The notes beneath the pieces are model-generated. The model was not told where the DNA came from. It worked only from the letters and a program-made list of their open reading frames with translations, and searched no databases. 64,000 nucleotides of DNA, taken from sequence record NZ_KX832927.1; one strand, given 5' to 3'. The position numbers and the translations under genes are program-made. Positions within the stretch are counted from its first letter, which is position 1; every line of letters begins with the position of its first letter. Source of the stretch: a plasmid. This document shows, one piece after another, positions 51,501 to 60,409 of the stretch.

Positions 51501-52514
51501 ATGAAAACCGCCACTGCGCCGTTACCACCGCTGCGTTCGGTCAAGGTTCTGGACCAGTTGCGTGAGCGCATACGCTACTTGCATTACAGCTTACGAACCG
51601 AACAGGCTTATGTCCACTGGGTTCGTGCCTTCATCCGTTTCCACGGTGTGCGTCACCCGGCAACCTTGGGCAGCAGCGAAGTCGAGGCATTTCTGTCCTG
51701 GCTGGCGAACGAGCGCAAGGTTTCGGTCTCCACGCATCGTCAGGCATTGGCGGCCTTGCTGTTCTTCTACGGCAAGGTGCTGTGCACGGATCTGCCCTGG
51801 CTTCAGGAGATCGGAAGACCTCGGCCGTCGCGGCGCTTGCCGGTGGTGCTGACCCCGGATGAAGTGGTTCGCATCCTCGGTTTTCTGGAAGGCGAGCATC
51901 GTTTGTTCGCCCAGCTTCTGTATGGAACGGGCATGCGGATCAGTGAGGGTTTGCAACTGCGGGTCAAGGATCTGGATTTCGATCACGGCACGATCATCGT
52001 GCGGGAGGGCAAGGGCTCCAAGGATCGGGCCTTGATGTTACCCGAGAGCTTGGCACCCAGCCTGCGCGAGCAGCTGTCGCGTGCACGGGCATGGTGGCTG
52101 AAGGACCAGGCCGAGGGCCGCAGCGGCGTTGCGCTTCCCGACGCCCTTGAGCGGAAGTATCCGCGCGCCGGGCATTCCTGGCCGTGGTTCTGGGTTTTTG
52201 CGCAGCACACGCATTCGACCGATCCACGGAGCGGTGTCGTGCGTCGCCATCACATGTATGACCAGACCTTTCAGCGCGCCTTCAAACGTGCCGTAGAACA
52301 AGCAGGCATCACGAAGCCCGCCACACCGCACACCCTCCGCCACTCGTTCGCGACGGCCTTGCTCCGCAGCGGTTACGACATTCGAACCGTGCAGGATCTG
52401 CTCGGCCATTCCGACGTCTCTACGACGATGATTTACACGCATGTGCTGAAAGTTGGCGGTGCCGGAGTGCGCTCACCGCTTGATGCGCTGCCGCCCCTCA
52501 CTAGTGAGAGGTAG
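51501..52514 (+). CDS. intI1: Class 1 integron integrase IntI1
   Basis: 337 aa, [75 protein letters not shown]..., a tyrosine recombinase. Confidence 0.9.
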
Positions 52515-52693
52515 GGCAGCGCAAGTCAATCCTGGCGGATTCACTACCCCTGCGCGAAGGCCATCGGTGCCGCATCGAACGGCCGGTTGCGGAAAGTCCT
52601 CCCTGCGTCCGCTGATGGCCGGCAGCAGCCCGTCGTTGCCTGATGGATCCAACCCCTCCGCTGCTATAGTGCAGTCGGCTTCTGACGTTCAGT

Positions 52694-52718
52694 GCAGCCG
52701 TCTTCTGAAAACGACACC
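52694..52718. repeat. IRi, the 25-bp inverted repeat of the class 1 integron (intI1 end)
   Basis: Reverse complement reads TGTCGTTTTCAGAAGACGGCTGCAC. Confidence 0.7.
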
Positions 52719-52804
52719 ACCCTGCCCTTTCCCTGGCGTTTTTTGTCGCGTGTTTTAGTTGCATGAAATAGAATACTTGCGACTAGAACCGGAGACATTA
52801 CGCC

Positions 52805-52856
52805 ATGAAAGACAAGAGCGCCGCCGCTGGCCTGCTGCTGGGATATGCCCGCGTCA
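52805..52856 (+). pseudogene. First about 17 codons of a resolvase-like gene (MKDKSAAAGLLLGYARV...), cut by IS26
   Basis: ATG at 52805. GYARVS is the typical serine-recombinase N-terminus. The frame runs directly into the IS26 IR. Confidence 0.35.
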
Positions 52857-53676
52857 GGGCACTGTTGCAAAGTTAGCGATGAGGCAGCCTTTTGTCTTAT
52901 TCAAAGGCCTTACATTTCAAAAACTCTGCTTACCAGGCGCATTTCGCCCAGGGGATCACCATAATAAAATGCTGAGGCCTGGCCTTTGCGTAGTGCACGC
53001 ATCACCTCAATACCTTTGATGGTGGCGTAAGCCGTCTTCATGGATTTAAATCCCAGCGTGGCGCCGATTATCCGTTTCAGTTTGCCATGATCGCATTCAA
53101 TCACGTTGTTCCGGTACTTAATCTGTCGGTGTTCAACGTCAGACGGGCACCGGCCTTCGCGTTTGAGCAGAGCAAGCGCGCGACCATAGGCGGGCGCTTT
53201 ATCCGTGTTGATGAATCGCGGGATCTGCCACTTCTTCACGTTGTTGAGGATTTTACCCAGAAACCGGTATGCAGCTTTGCTGTTACGACGGGAGGAGAGA
53301 TAAAAATCGACAGTGCGGCCCCGGCTGTCGACGGCCCGGTACAGATACGCCCAGCGGCCATTGACCTTCACGTAGGTTTCATCCATGTGCCACGGGCAAA
53401 GATCGGAAGGGTTACGCCAGTACCAGCGCAGCCGTTTTTCCATTTCAGGCGCATAACGCTGAACCCAGCGGTAAATCGTGGAGTGATCGACATTCACTCC
53501 GCGTTCAGCCAGCATCTCCTGCAGCTCACGGTAACTGATGCCGTATTTGCAGTACCAGCGTACGGCCCACAGAATGATGTCACGCTGAAAATGCCGGCCT
53601 TTGAATGGGTTCATGTGCAGCTCCATCAGCAAAAGGGGATGATAAGTTTATCACCACCGACTATTTGCAACAGTGC
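52857..53676 (-). mobile_element. IS26
   Basis: 820 bp bounded by 14-bp IRs GGCACTGTTGCAAA and TTTGCAACAGTGCC. Confidence 0.85.
52910..53614 (-). CDS. tnp26: IS26 transposase Tnp26
   Basis: MNPFKGRHFQRDIILWAVRWYCKYGISYRELQEMLAERGVNVDHSTIYRWVQRYAPEMEK..., 234 aa. Confidence 0.9.
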   Translation of the reverse strand: MNPFKGRHFQRDIILWAVRWYCKYGISYRELQEMLAERGVNVDHSTIYRWVQRYAPEMEKRLRWYWRNPSDLCPWHMDETYVKVNGRWAYLYRAVDSRGRTVDFYLSSRRNSKAAYRFLGKILNNVKKWQIPRFINTDKAPAYGRALALLKREGRCPSDVEHRQIKYRNNVIECDHGKLKRIIGATLGFKSMKTAYATIKGIEVMRALRKGQASAFYYGDPLGEMRLVSRVFEM

Positions 53677-55012
53677 CCTTTATTTAATGAGATGGTCACT
53701 CCCTCCTTCCCGGTACTATGCTGAGGACAGGCTTTCATTCGGAGAACTATCATGGAAAACATTGCGCTCATTGGTATCGATCTGGGTAAAAACTCTTTCC
53801 ATATTCATTGCCAGGATCGTCGCGGGAAGGCTGTTTACCGTAAAAAATTTACCCGGCCAAAGTTGATCGAATTTTTGGCGACATGCCCCGCTACAACCAT
53901 CGCAATGGAAGCCTGTGGCGGTTCTCACTTTATGGCACGCAAGTTGGAAGAGTTGGGGCATTCCCCAAAGCTGATATCACCACAATTTGTCCGCCCGTTC
54001 GTTAAAAGCAATAAAAACGACTTTGTCGACGCCGAAGCTATTTGTGAAGCTGCATCGCGTCCGTCTATGCGTTTTGTGCAGCCCAGAACGGAATCTCAGC
54101 AGGCAATGCGGGCTCTGCATCGTGTCCGTGAATCCCTGGTTCAGGATAAGGTAAAAACAACCAATCAAATGCATGCTTTTCTGCTGGAATTTGGCATTAG
54201 CGTTCCCCGAGGAGCTGCCGTTATTAGCCGACTGAGTACCATTCTTGAGGATAATAGTTTGCCTCTTTACCTCAGCCAGTTATTGCTGAAATTACAACAG
54301 CATTATCACTATCTTGTTGAGCAGATTAAAGATTTGGAATCCCAGTTGAAACGAAAGTTGGACGAAGATGAGGTTGGACAGCGCTTGCTGAGCATTCCCT
54401 GCGTCGGAACACTGACAGCGAGTACTATTTCAACTGAGATTGGCGACGGGAAGCAGTACGCCAGCAGCCGTGACTTTGCGGCGGCAACAGGGCTTGTACC
54501 TCGGCAGTACAGCACGGGAGGTAGGACGACATTGCTGGGAATTAGTAAGCGAGGTAATAAAAAGATCCGAACTTTGTTGGTTCAATGTGCCAGGGTATTC
54601 ATACAAAAACTGGAACACCAGTCTGGCAAATTGGCCGATTGGGTCAGGGATTTACTGTGCCGGAAAAGCAACTTTGTCGTCACTTGTGCTCTGGCAAACA
54701 AGCTGGCCAGAATAGCCTGGGCCCTAACGGCACGACAGCAAACTTATGTAGCATAACGGCAGAAATACACCGGTTTAAAGAATTACTGATCTGGTTTTGC
54801 GAATACTGATATTGATGATACTAACGGCCCACCGGCCTGTTGAGGAACCTGTAAAACGGAAAGGCTCATTGAAGCCGTATATTTTCTGGAGGTTCATCAG
54901 GCGCGGAACTCATCAAGGCGCGGGAATAAAATCCCATTCAGACGCCGGATAGATTCAAGCAAGCCAACTTGTCGTCAAAATCGGTGTTGCAAAAACGGGA
55001 GTGACCATAGAT
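53677..55012 (+). mobile_element. IS4321/IS5075-like element (IS110 family, IS1111 group), its left end abutted by IS26
   Basis: Subterminal repeats atggtcactccc at both ends and a 334-aa IS110-family transposase. The right end lies inside a Tn21-family 38-bp IR at the characteristic position (22 bp of IR remain). Confidence 0.65.
53752..54756 (+). CDS. IS110-family transposase (IS4321/IS5075 type)
   Basis: 334 aa, MENIALIGIDLGKNSFHIHCQDRRGKAVYRKKF..., with an N-terminal DEDD (RuvC-like) start typical of the IS110 family. Confidence 0.8.
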   Translation: MENIALIGIDLGKNSFHIHCQDRRGKAVYRKKFTRPKLIEFLATCPATTIAMEACGGSHFMARKLEELGHSPKLISPQFVRPFVKSNKNDFVDAEAICEAASRPSMRFVQPRTESQQAMRALHRVRESLVQDKVKTTNQMHAFLLEFGISVPRGAAVISRLSTILEDNSLPLYLSQLLLKLQQHYHYLVEQIKDLESQLKRKLDEDEVGQRLLSIPCVGTLTASTISTEIGDGKQYASSRDFAAATGLVPRQYSTGGRTTLLGISKRGNKKIRTLLVQCARVFIQKLEHQSGKLADWVRDLLCRKSNFVVTCALANKLARIAWALTARQQTYVA

Positions 55013-55034
55013 TCCGTTTTCTGAGGCGACCCCC
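55013..55034 (-). repeat. 22-bp outer part of a Tn21-family 38-bp terminal inverted repeat (GGGGTCGCCTCAGAAAACGGAA on the minus strand)
   Basis: A GGGG-initiated IR whose outer end faces right. IS4321-like elements target exactly this position in the IR. Confidence 0.5.
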
Positions 55035-55870
55035 AGTATTCCGGCTTTCACGGCATCGTTATCCCCGGTACGTTGCGTGACTCTATCTTTGTGCTGGAAG
55101 GGCTTCTGGAGCAGCAGACGGGGCTGAATCCGGTGGAGATTATGACGGACACTGGAGGGTCCAGCGACATTATCTTTGGCCTGTTCTGGCTGCTGGGCTA
55201 CCAGTTTTCGCCCCGCCTGGCAGATGCCGGTGAGGCGGTATTTTGGCGTGCAGATAAAAATGCGAACTACGGGGTACTGGATGAGCTGGCGCGGGGATGC
55301 GTTGAACTGTCAAAGATAGAAACCCAATGGGATGAAATGATGAGGGTTTCCGGTTCTCTGAAGCTGGGTACAGTCCACGCCTCAGAACTTGTGGGCTCGC
55401 TTTTAAAAAGTTCCCGTCCGTCAGGGCTGGCGCAGGCGATTATGGAGGTGGGACGGGTCAACAAGACGCTGTACCTCCTCAACTACATTGATGATGAAGA
55501 ATATCGTCGCAGGATACTGACTCAGCTTAACCGGGGAGAAGGCCGTCACGCCGTGGCAAGGGCGATCTGTTACGGCCAACGTGGTGAGATTAGAAAACGT
55601 TACCGTGAGGGGCAGGAGGATCAACTGGGTGCGCTGGGGCTTGTCACTAACGCAGTTGTATTGTGGAACACGCTTTATATGCAGGAAGCGCTATCACATT
55701 TGCGCAGCGCTGGTGAGATCCCGGAAGACGAGCATATCTCACGCCTGTCGCCACTGATGTACGGTCATATCAACATGCTGGGACATTATACGTTCACGCT
55801 GCCGGAAAATATTCTGAAGGGAGAGTTGAGGCCATTAAATTTCAATTCAAACAATGAATTATTGCCTTAA
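55035..55870 (+). pseudogene. tnpA: C-terminal roughly 275 codons of a Tn3-family transposase TnpA (5' part removed)
   Basis: In-frame ORF running from the IR junction to a stop inside a Tn3-family terminal IR. The 5' boundary is approximate. Confidence 0.55.
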
Positions 55871-55903
55871 CGTGGTTTTTTACACGATTGAACCTCGAAC
55901 CCC
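55867..55903. repeat. Tn3-family 38-bp terminal inverted repeat (GGGGTTCGAGGTTCAATCGTGTAAAAAACCACGTTAA on the minus strand)
   Basis: GGGG...ACGTTAA architecture with the tnpA stop codon inside. GC content drops sharply immediately beyond it. Confidence 0.55.
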
Positions 55904-56840
55904 TAGTACGAACTGAGCGAGGGATTAATGCTTAAACAACTCTTTCGATTTTTAATCGGTGATAAATTTATTCCATTGAATAAACTGAATAAAATTGATT
56001 TTGAACGTATTTCTGATTTTGAATCAATAGATTGGAGAGTCGGTGTTATCCGGAATGGTGGGCTCTATAAAAGAGATTGGTTAAAACTCAAAGACAATGA
56101 AAAAAAGGAATTAAAAAGCAATCGAAAATAAAAACTGAAAGAATAAAAATCTCTAAAAGTGACTACGACATAATAGCAAAGATAATTAATATAGAGGATC
56201 AATTTAATTTCCTTGCTAGGGATAAAATAGGTCGATTATCAAAAGTGGATAGGATGCTATTAGAGCATCTTTCTGATGATACTAAAAAGGAATTATTACA
56301 TTCAAAGTTAAGCTCTTTTAGCCTTGACGATATTGAATATATTCATTTATTAGTCTTTTTTGATAATGCAATCATTACTTAAAAAAATGAAAAAACATAA
56401 TTAAAATATAATGTTATAATTACCAATAAATAGTATGTCTCTTAATAATAATCTGATAATATCGTCTTGGGTGCTTGAATCATTTTGGTTCGAGCATTGC
56501 TAAGAGCCAAAAAGACGAAAGCCCCGAATCTTGATGTTAATCTCAATTCGAGGCAGTCTACAAACTTCGCAATTTGATTCTGTCTCCTTTTACTCAAGGA
56601 GTCAAGAGAAATGAGCAAATTTGCCCTGATAGGGCTGATTGCTGTGTGCATCACAGTTCTGTGCTTCTCATTGTTAATGCGTGATCGCTTATGTTCACTA
56701 AATTTCACAAGCGGAGGCACAGTGGTTCAAGCAACGTTATCTTGTGATAAGTAACGTTGCTCTTGTGGGGGAAACCCCCACATTTTCTCTTTTACAGATT
56801 ACGATAGTTTGGTGATACAAGCACCCTTTTATTCGGTTAA

Positions 56841-57110
56841 CTATGGTTTACTCTTTTTGCTATCAATCATGCCACTTTCGTTGAATAGATAGATAAGCCA
56901 GTATATTAAATATAATGCTGTTGTAATCATGCCTATATTGATCATCAATAATCCGAATCGCGGTGTATTATTAATATCAAACAGTAAATCATCTCTGATA
57001 AAATAACTAAAGAGTAAAAATACAACTGATATACCAGAATAACCAAATGCAAATTTGAATAGTCTTGATTTCGATTTAGCGAAAATCATTATTAAAATTA
57101 TCAAAAACAA
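56841..57110 (-). CDS. Small membrane protein
   Basis: 89 aa, two transmembrane segments, AT-rich. Confidence 0.3.
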   Translation of the reverse strand: MFLIILIMIFAKSKSRLFKFAFGYSGISVVFLLFSYFIRDDLLFDINNTPRFGLLMINIGMITTALYLIYWLIYLFNESGMIDSKKSKP

Positions 57111-57154
57111 AACATAATCATTTACAGAGAAAATAACATCTAAAATAGAGCTTA

Positions 57155-57179
57155 GAACCTATCCCAATAGGTTTTTATT
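57155..57179. repeat. 25-bp sequence GAACCTATCCCAATAGGTTTTTATT, a solo copy of the terminal sequence of the IS at 63174
   Basis: Identical to 63174-63198 in direct orientation. It contains a 7-bp inverted repeat, aacctat/ataggtt. Confidence 0.5.
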
Positions 57180-57268
57180 ATAGTTGTTTAATAGAACTAT
57201 CATACATTTATTATAGTTCTATTTTATAGGTAATTTTCATATCAATTGTAATTAAGATAAAAAAATTA

Positions 57269-58183
57269 CTATCTCAACTCAATCTCTTTCGCCAACTTAT
57301 TGTATTTGTAATTCGTAATTTGGCCATTTACTAATAATTCAACGGCTTGTTGAATCACATTTAAAGGCGCAATAAACCACTCTTTAGGTTGATGATTTTT
57401 ACCATCTTTATCTGCAACAAATAAATCAAGGCAAGACTCACCAAAGAAAGCATGTAAGTAATATTCAAATTTCTGTGGGTTAATATTGAATGCTTGATAC
57501 TCAGCAATTACGTCAACATCAGCCATCAAATAGGTAGGTTCTTTTTTTGCATTAGCAATACGTTTTTCAACAGTTGTAGTTGCAAATCCAATTTTATAGA
57601 GGTGATCAAGTGACTGAATACGTGGATCTTTACTTTGTGACTTTAGGATATAAATATAACCTGTAGATGTATCATCTTCGGTAATACCGCCAAAATGAGT
57701 ATAGAAATTGGAGTTTTCTTGCTCATTCGTTTCTGAAACAATACGTCCATCTTTATACAATGCTTTAGCTAGTGAGCGATAAAGCATAGTTGATTCGGTG
57801 CCATTCTCAAAGATGGTTCGTGTCCGACCATCTTTACGAAAACGCTTGCCATCCACGGTTTTAGCCTCAGACGTAAAATTGATATCTGCAAGATAAACCA
57901 GCAAGCCATTTAAAACATAGTAATTACCTTCAACTAGTTGGTATCCCTTATCGTTGAAAGGTAATAACTTACGTTTACCTTCCCGAAGCTCTTGATGAAC
58001 ATTTTTAAATAGATGTTCAAATTGATCAAAGTCCTTACAGCGTTTGCGTTTAGCAACCTCGTCTGCAGCAGCACGTTGGGCAGTAACATGTTTAATCTTA
58101 AAGATGTCACCATCTTGACCATCATCTAGTAGACCTAGATCATCATCATTAAAAATATCTTCGAGAGATTTAATCTCAGACAT
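57269..58183 (-). CDS. T5orf172 / GIY-YIG-like domain protein (candidate nuclease of the operon)
   Basis: 304 aa. C-terminal GYIYILKSQSK...LYKIGFATTTVEKRIANAK matches the T5orf172 (GIY-YIG-like) pattern. The N-terminal acidic DDDLGLL motif is shared with the upstream 95-aa protein. Confidence 0.55.
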   Translation of the reverse strand: MSEIKSLEDIFNDDDLGLLDDGQDGDIFKIKHVTAQRAAADEVAKRKRCKDFDQFEHLFKNVHQELREGKRKLLPFNDKGYQLVEGNYYVLNGLLVYLADINFTSEAKTVDGKRFRKDGRTRTIFENGTESTMLYRSLAKALYKDGRIVSETNEQENSNFYTHFGGITEDDTSTGYIYILKSQSKDPRIQSLDHLYKIGFATTTVEKRIANAKKEPTYLMADVDVIAEYQAFNINPQKFEYYLHAFFGESCLDLFVADKDGKNHQPKEWFIAPLNVIQQAVELLVNGQITNYKYNKLAKEIELR

Positions 58184-58186
58184 GTT

Positions 58187-58474
58187 TTAGTCCTGCTGTT
58201 CTGGGAGCAAATTATGTTCATCGTAATCTGCCAAAGCCATATATTGCTCTGGATTACTCTTGATCGATTCTAGACGACTCGCAAGCATAAACTCCGAAAT
58301 GTTTGCCATATTTTTGGTAGGTACACGTCCATGCTGTGTCATAAAGTTATTGATTTCATTAAATTTAGAGACTAATTGTTCATCAGCAGTTAGGGCTGAA
58401 GTCTTTTTCTTAACTTTTAAAAGCCCCAAATCGTCATCAGCAATCATATCGTGAAGCCAGTCAAAATCTTCCAT
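58187..58474 (-). CDS. Small acidic protein with an N-terminal DDDLGLL motif
   Basis: 95 aa, separated by 3-4 bp from both neighbouring genes. Its N-terminus resembles that of the T5orf172 protein. Confidence 0.45.
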   Translation of the reverse strand: MEDFDWLHDMIADDDLGLLKVKKKTSALTADEQLVSKFNEINNFMTQHGRVPTKNMANISEFMLASRLESIKSNPEQYMALADYDEHNLLPEQQD

Positions 58475-58477
58475 GTT

Positions 58478-60409
58478 TTACACTCCAGCTCGTCTACGTT
58501 GTTCACGAATATAGATTAAGCATTCAGCTAGTCGCTTCTCAATTAAGTTACTTGACTCTAGACTAGGTTCACGTCCTGTTTGTTTAGTGAAGGCTTTGAG
58601 TTTAGGCCACAGCTCAATTGCTTCTTCCTGAGTCATACTAATTTTAGTTGCTTCAATTGCTTCTTTAATCAATTTCAAAACATTCACTGTGACATCCTTT
58701 GACAGAATCTCAAAAGCCTTTTGGAATGGATTCACAGATTGAATAAGATCAATATTGAGATCATCAATATTGACAAACTTATCCGCCATACGAATAAATT
58801 TCTTATCACCGACTTCTTTTACTTCTGCTGTACTAATCACTGAGTCAACTACTAAATATTGACTCACTTCCTCAAGCTCTGATTTTGTTAAATCTGGATA
58901 TTTAGTTTGGATAATCTTTGGAATAAGGACCTTATTGACTACTTCAGGCTCAACCTTTCCAGCAGAGCCAGCGATCACTTTGGCATCTTGAAGAATTGCT
59001 GCTTTTAGATCCACAAGATCATTTTCAATAATCGCTTTTGTTTTTGCTGTACTTGGTTCTTTAAATCCTTTGATGGTTAAAGTGCCTGGTGGAACAATAT
59101 CCTCATCATCTCGTTTAGTTTTAAACTTGAAGTTTGGTGCAAGGATCTGCTCCATGAGCAAAGATGCAGTAATTGCTTTAAGCATGTTATTTACTGCAAA
59201 TTTGACTTCAGTATCTTGAGCATCAGGTTGTGCAATAAGATTTGTGAACTGTGCATGTGATTTGTTTGAGCTATCACGAGTACAGCGACCTACGATTTGC
59301 ACAATTTCTGTCAAAGATCCCCGATAACCAATCGTTAAGGCATGTTCACAGAATTGCCAGTCAAACCCTTCTTTTGCCATTCCAAGAGCAATAATTAGAT
59401 CAAGATCATCGACTGTTTTGATATTTCGTAGATATTCAACAACTTTGTCGCGCCCATCTTCTTCAACTAGATCAGCTACTTTTAAAATCTTACCATCTGG
59501 ACGTTTGATGGTAATAATGCCAGTATCGGGGGCTTTAGCAATGAACTCGCCAATAATTTCGAGAATGGCATCAACTTCATCATATTTATCTTTGGTTGAT
59601 TCACCTGAATTTACATTTGGAATATGAATGATGGTCTTTTTGTCGGTATCTAATACATACTCAAGAGCAATATTACCTTCATCATCTTTAGTAAAATAAC
59701 GACCTTTATAAAAGTGATATCCTATGCCAAGTGATTTTAAGTAAGTGTAACCATTTAATTGTTCATAATAGTTGAACGAAACTTTATCAAACTTGGCTTC
59801 ATCTTCAGGGGTAAGTACAGGAACGCTATCACCACGGAAGTAAGAGCCTGTCATTGCAATAATATGAGCTGTGGTATTGTCCATCAGAGATTTAAGAACA
59901 GTACCTAAAATATTATCGGCATCTGCTGATACATGATGGAATTCATCAATTGCGACTAATGTGTTGTCAAATACCTTATCTTCAAGCTCTTCAAAAGCGA
60001 ATCTTAATGTAGCATGGGTACACACCAAGATCTGATCAGAGTCTTCTATAAAGCGTTTAAAGGCTTTTACTTTGCTTTTGTCCCCACCAGCAGTACATAA
60101 GTTGTTTTCAGGTTTAATATCCCAATCTGCAAAAAAACCATTTTCTGTAAGCTTAGTGTTAGCAAATGAACCACCGATAGAGCGTTCAGGTACAGCTACG
60201 ATAACTTTTTTAATACCTTGATTATGCAGTTTATCCAACGCTAGGAACATTAATGCACGAGATTTACCTGAAGCGGGTGGTGCTTTTAACAATAAATATT
60301 GTGAGTTGCGAGATGCGTAAGCACGAGCTTGCATAGCCCGCATACCCATGTTGTTTGTTGAGGTGCTTTCACCAGTTTGCTGGTAACAAACATCAATTAT
60401 ATTAATCAT
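58478..60409 (-). CDS. SF2 DEAD/DEAH-box helicase (restriction-type translocase/helicase)
   Basis: 643 aa with motif I LLKAPPASGKS, motif II AIDEFHH, motif III-like AMTGSY and motif VI QIVGRCTR. It overlaps the methyltransferase gene stop by 8 bp. Confidence 0.7.
   Translation of the reverse strand: MINIIDVCYQQTGESTSTNNMGMRAMQARAYASRNSQYLLLKAPPASGKSRALMFLALDKLHNQGIKKVIVAVPERSIGGSFANTKLTENGFFADWDIKPENNLCTAGGDKSKVKAFKRFIEDSDQILVCTHATLRFAFEELEDKVFDNTLVAIDEFHHVSADADNILGTVLKSLMDNTTAHIIAMTGSYFRGDSVPVLTPEDEAKFDKVSFNYYEQLNGYTYLKSLGIGYHFYKGRYFTKDDEGNIALEYVLDTDKKTIIHIPNVNSGESTKDKYDEVDAILEIIGEFIAKAPDTGIITIKRPDGKILKVADLVEEDGRDKVVEYLRNIKTVDDLDLIIALGMAKEGFDWQFCEHALTIGYRGSLTEIVQIVGRCTRDSSNKSHAQFTNLIAQPDAQDTEVKFAVNNMLKAITASLLMEQILAPNFKFKTKRDDEDIVPPGTLTIKGFKEPSTAKTKAIIENDLVDLKAAILQDAKVIAGSAGKVEPEVVNKVLIPKIIQTKYPDLTKSELEEVSQYLVVDSVISTAEVKEVGDKKFIRMADKFVNIDDLNIDLIQSVNPFQKAFEILSKDVTVNVLKLIKEAIEATKISMTQEEAIELWPKLKAFTKQTGREPSLESSNLIEKRLAECLIYIREQRRRAGV

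Larger units (their letters stand above)
46196..52718 (-). mobile_element. In4-type class 1 integron: IRi - intI1 - attI1 - dfrA1 - aadA - qacEdelta1 - sul1 - orf5 - (orf6) - IRt' - IS6100 - IRt
   Basis: All canonical 5'-CS and 3'-CS components are present. IS6100 is flanked by inverted copies of the IRt-end region; the left copy is 29 bp longer than the right. Confidence 0.8.

Noticed and set aside
53087-53866. 259-aa plus-strand ORF across IS26 and into IS4321
   Set aside because: Antisense to tnp26 and spanning two separate mobile elements, so not a real gene.
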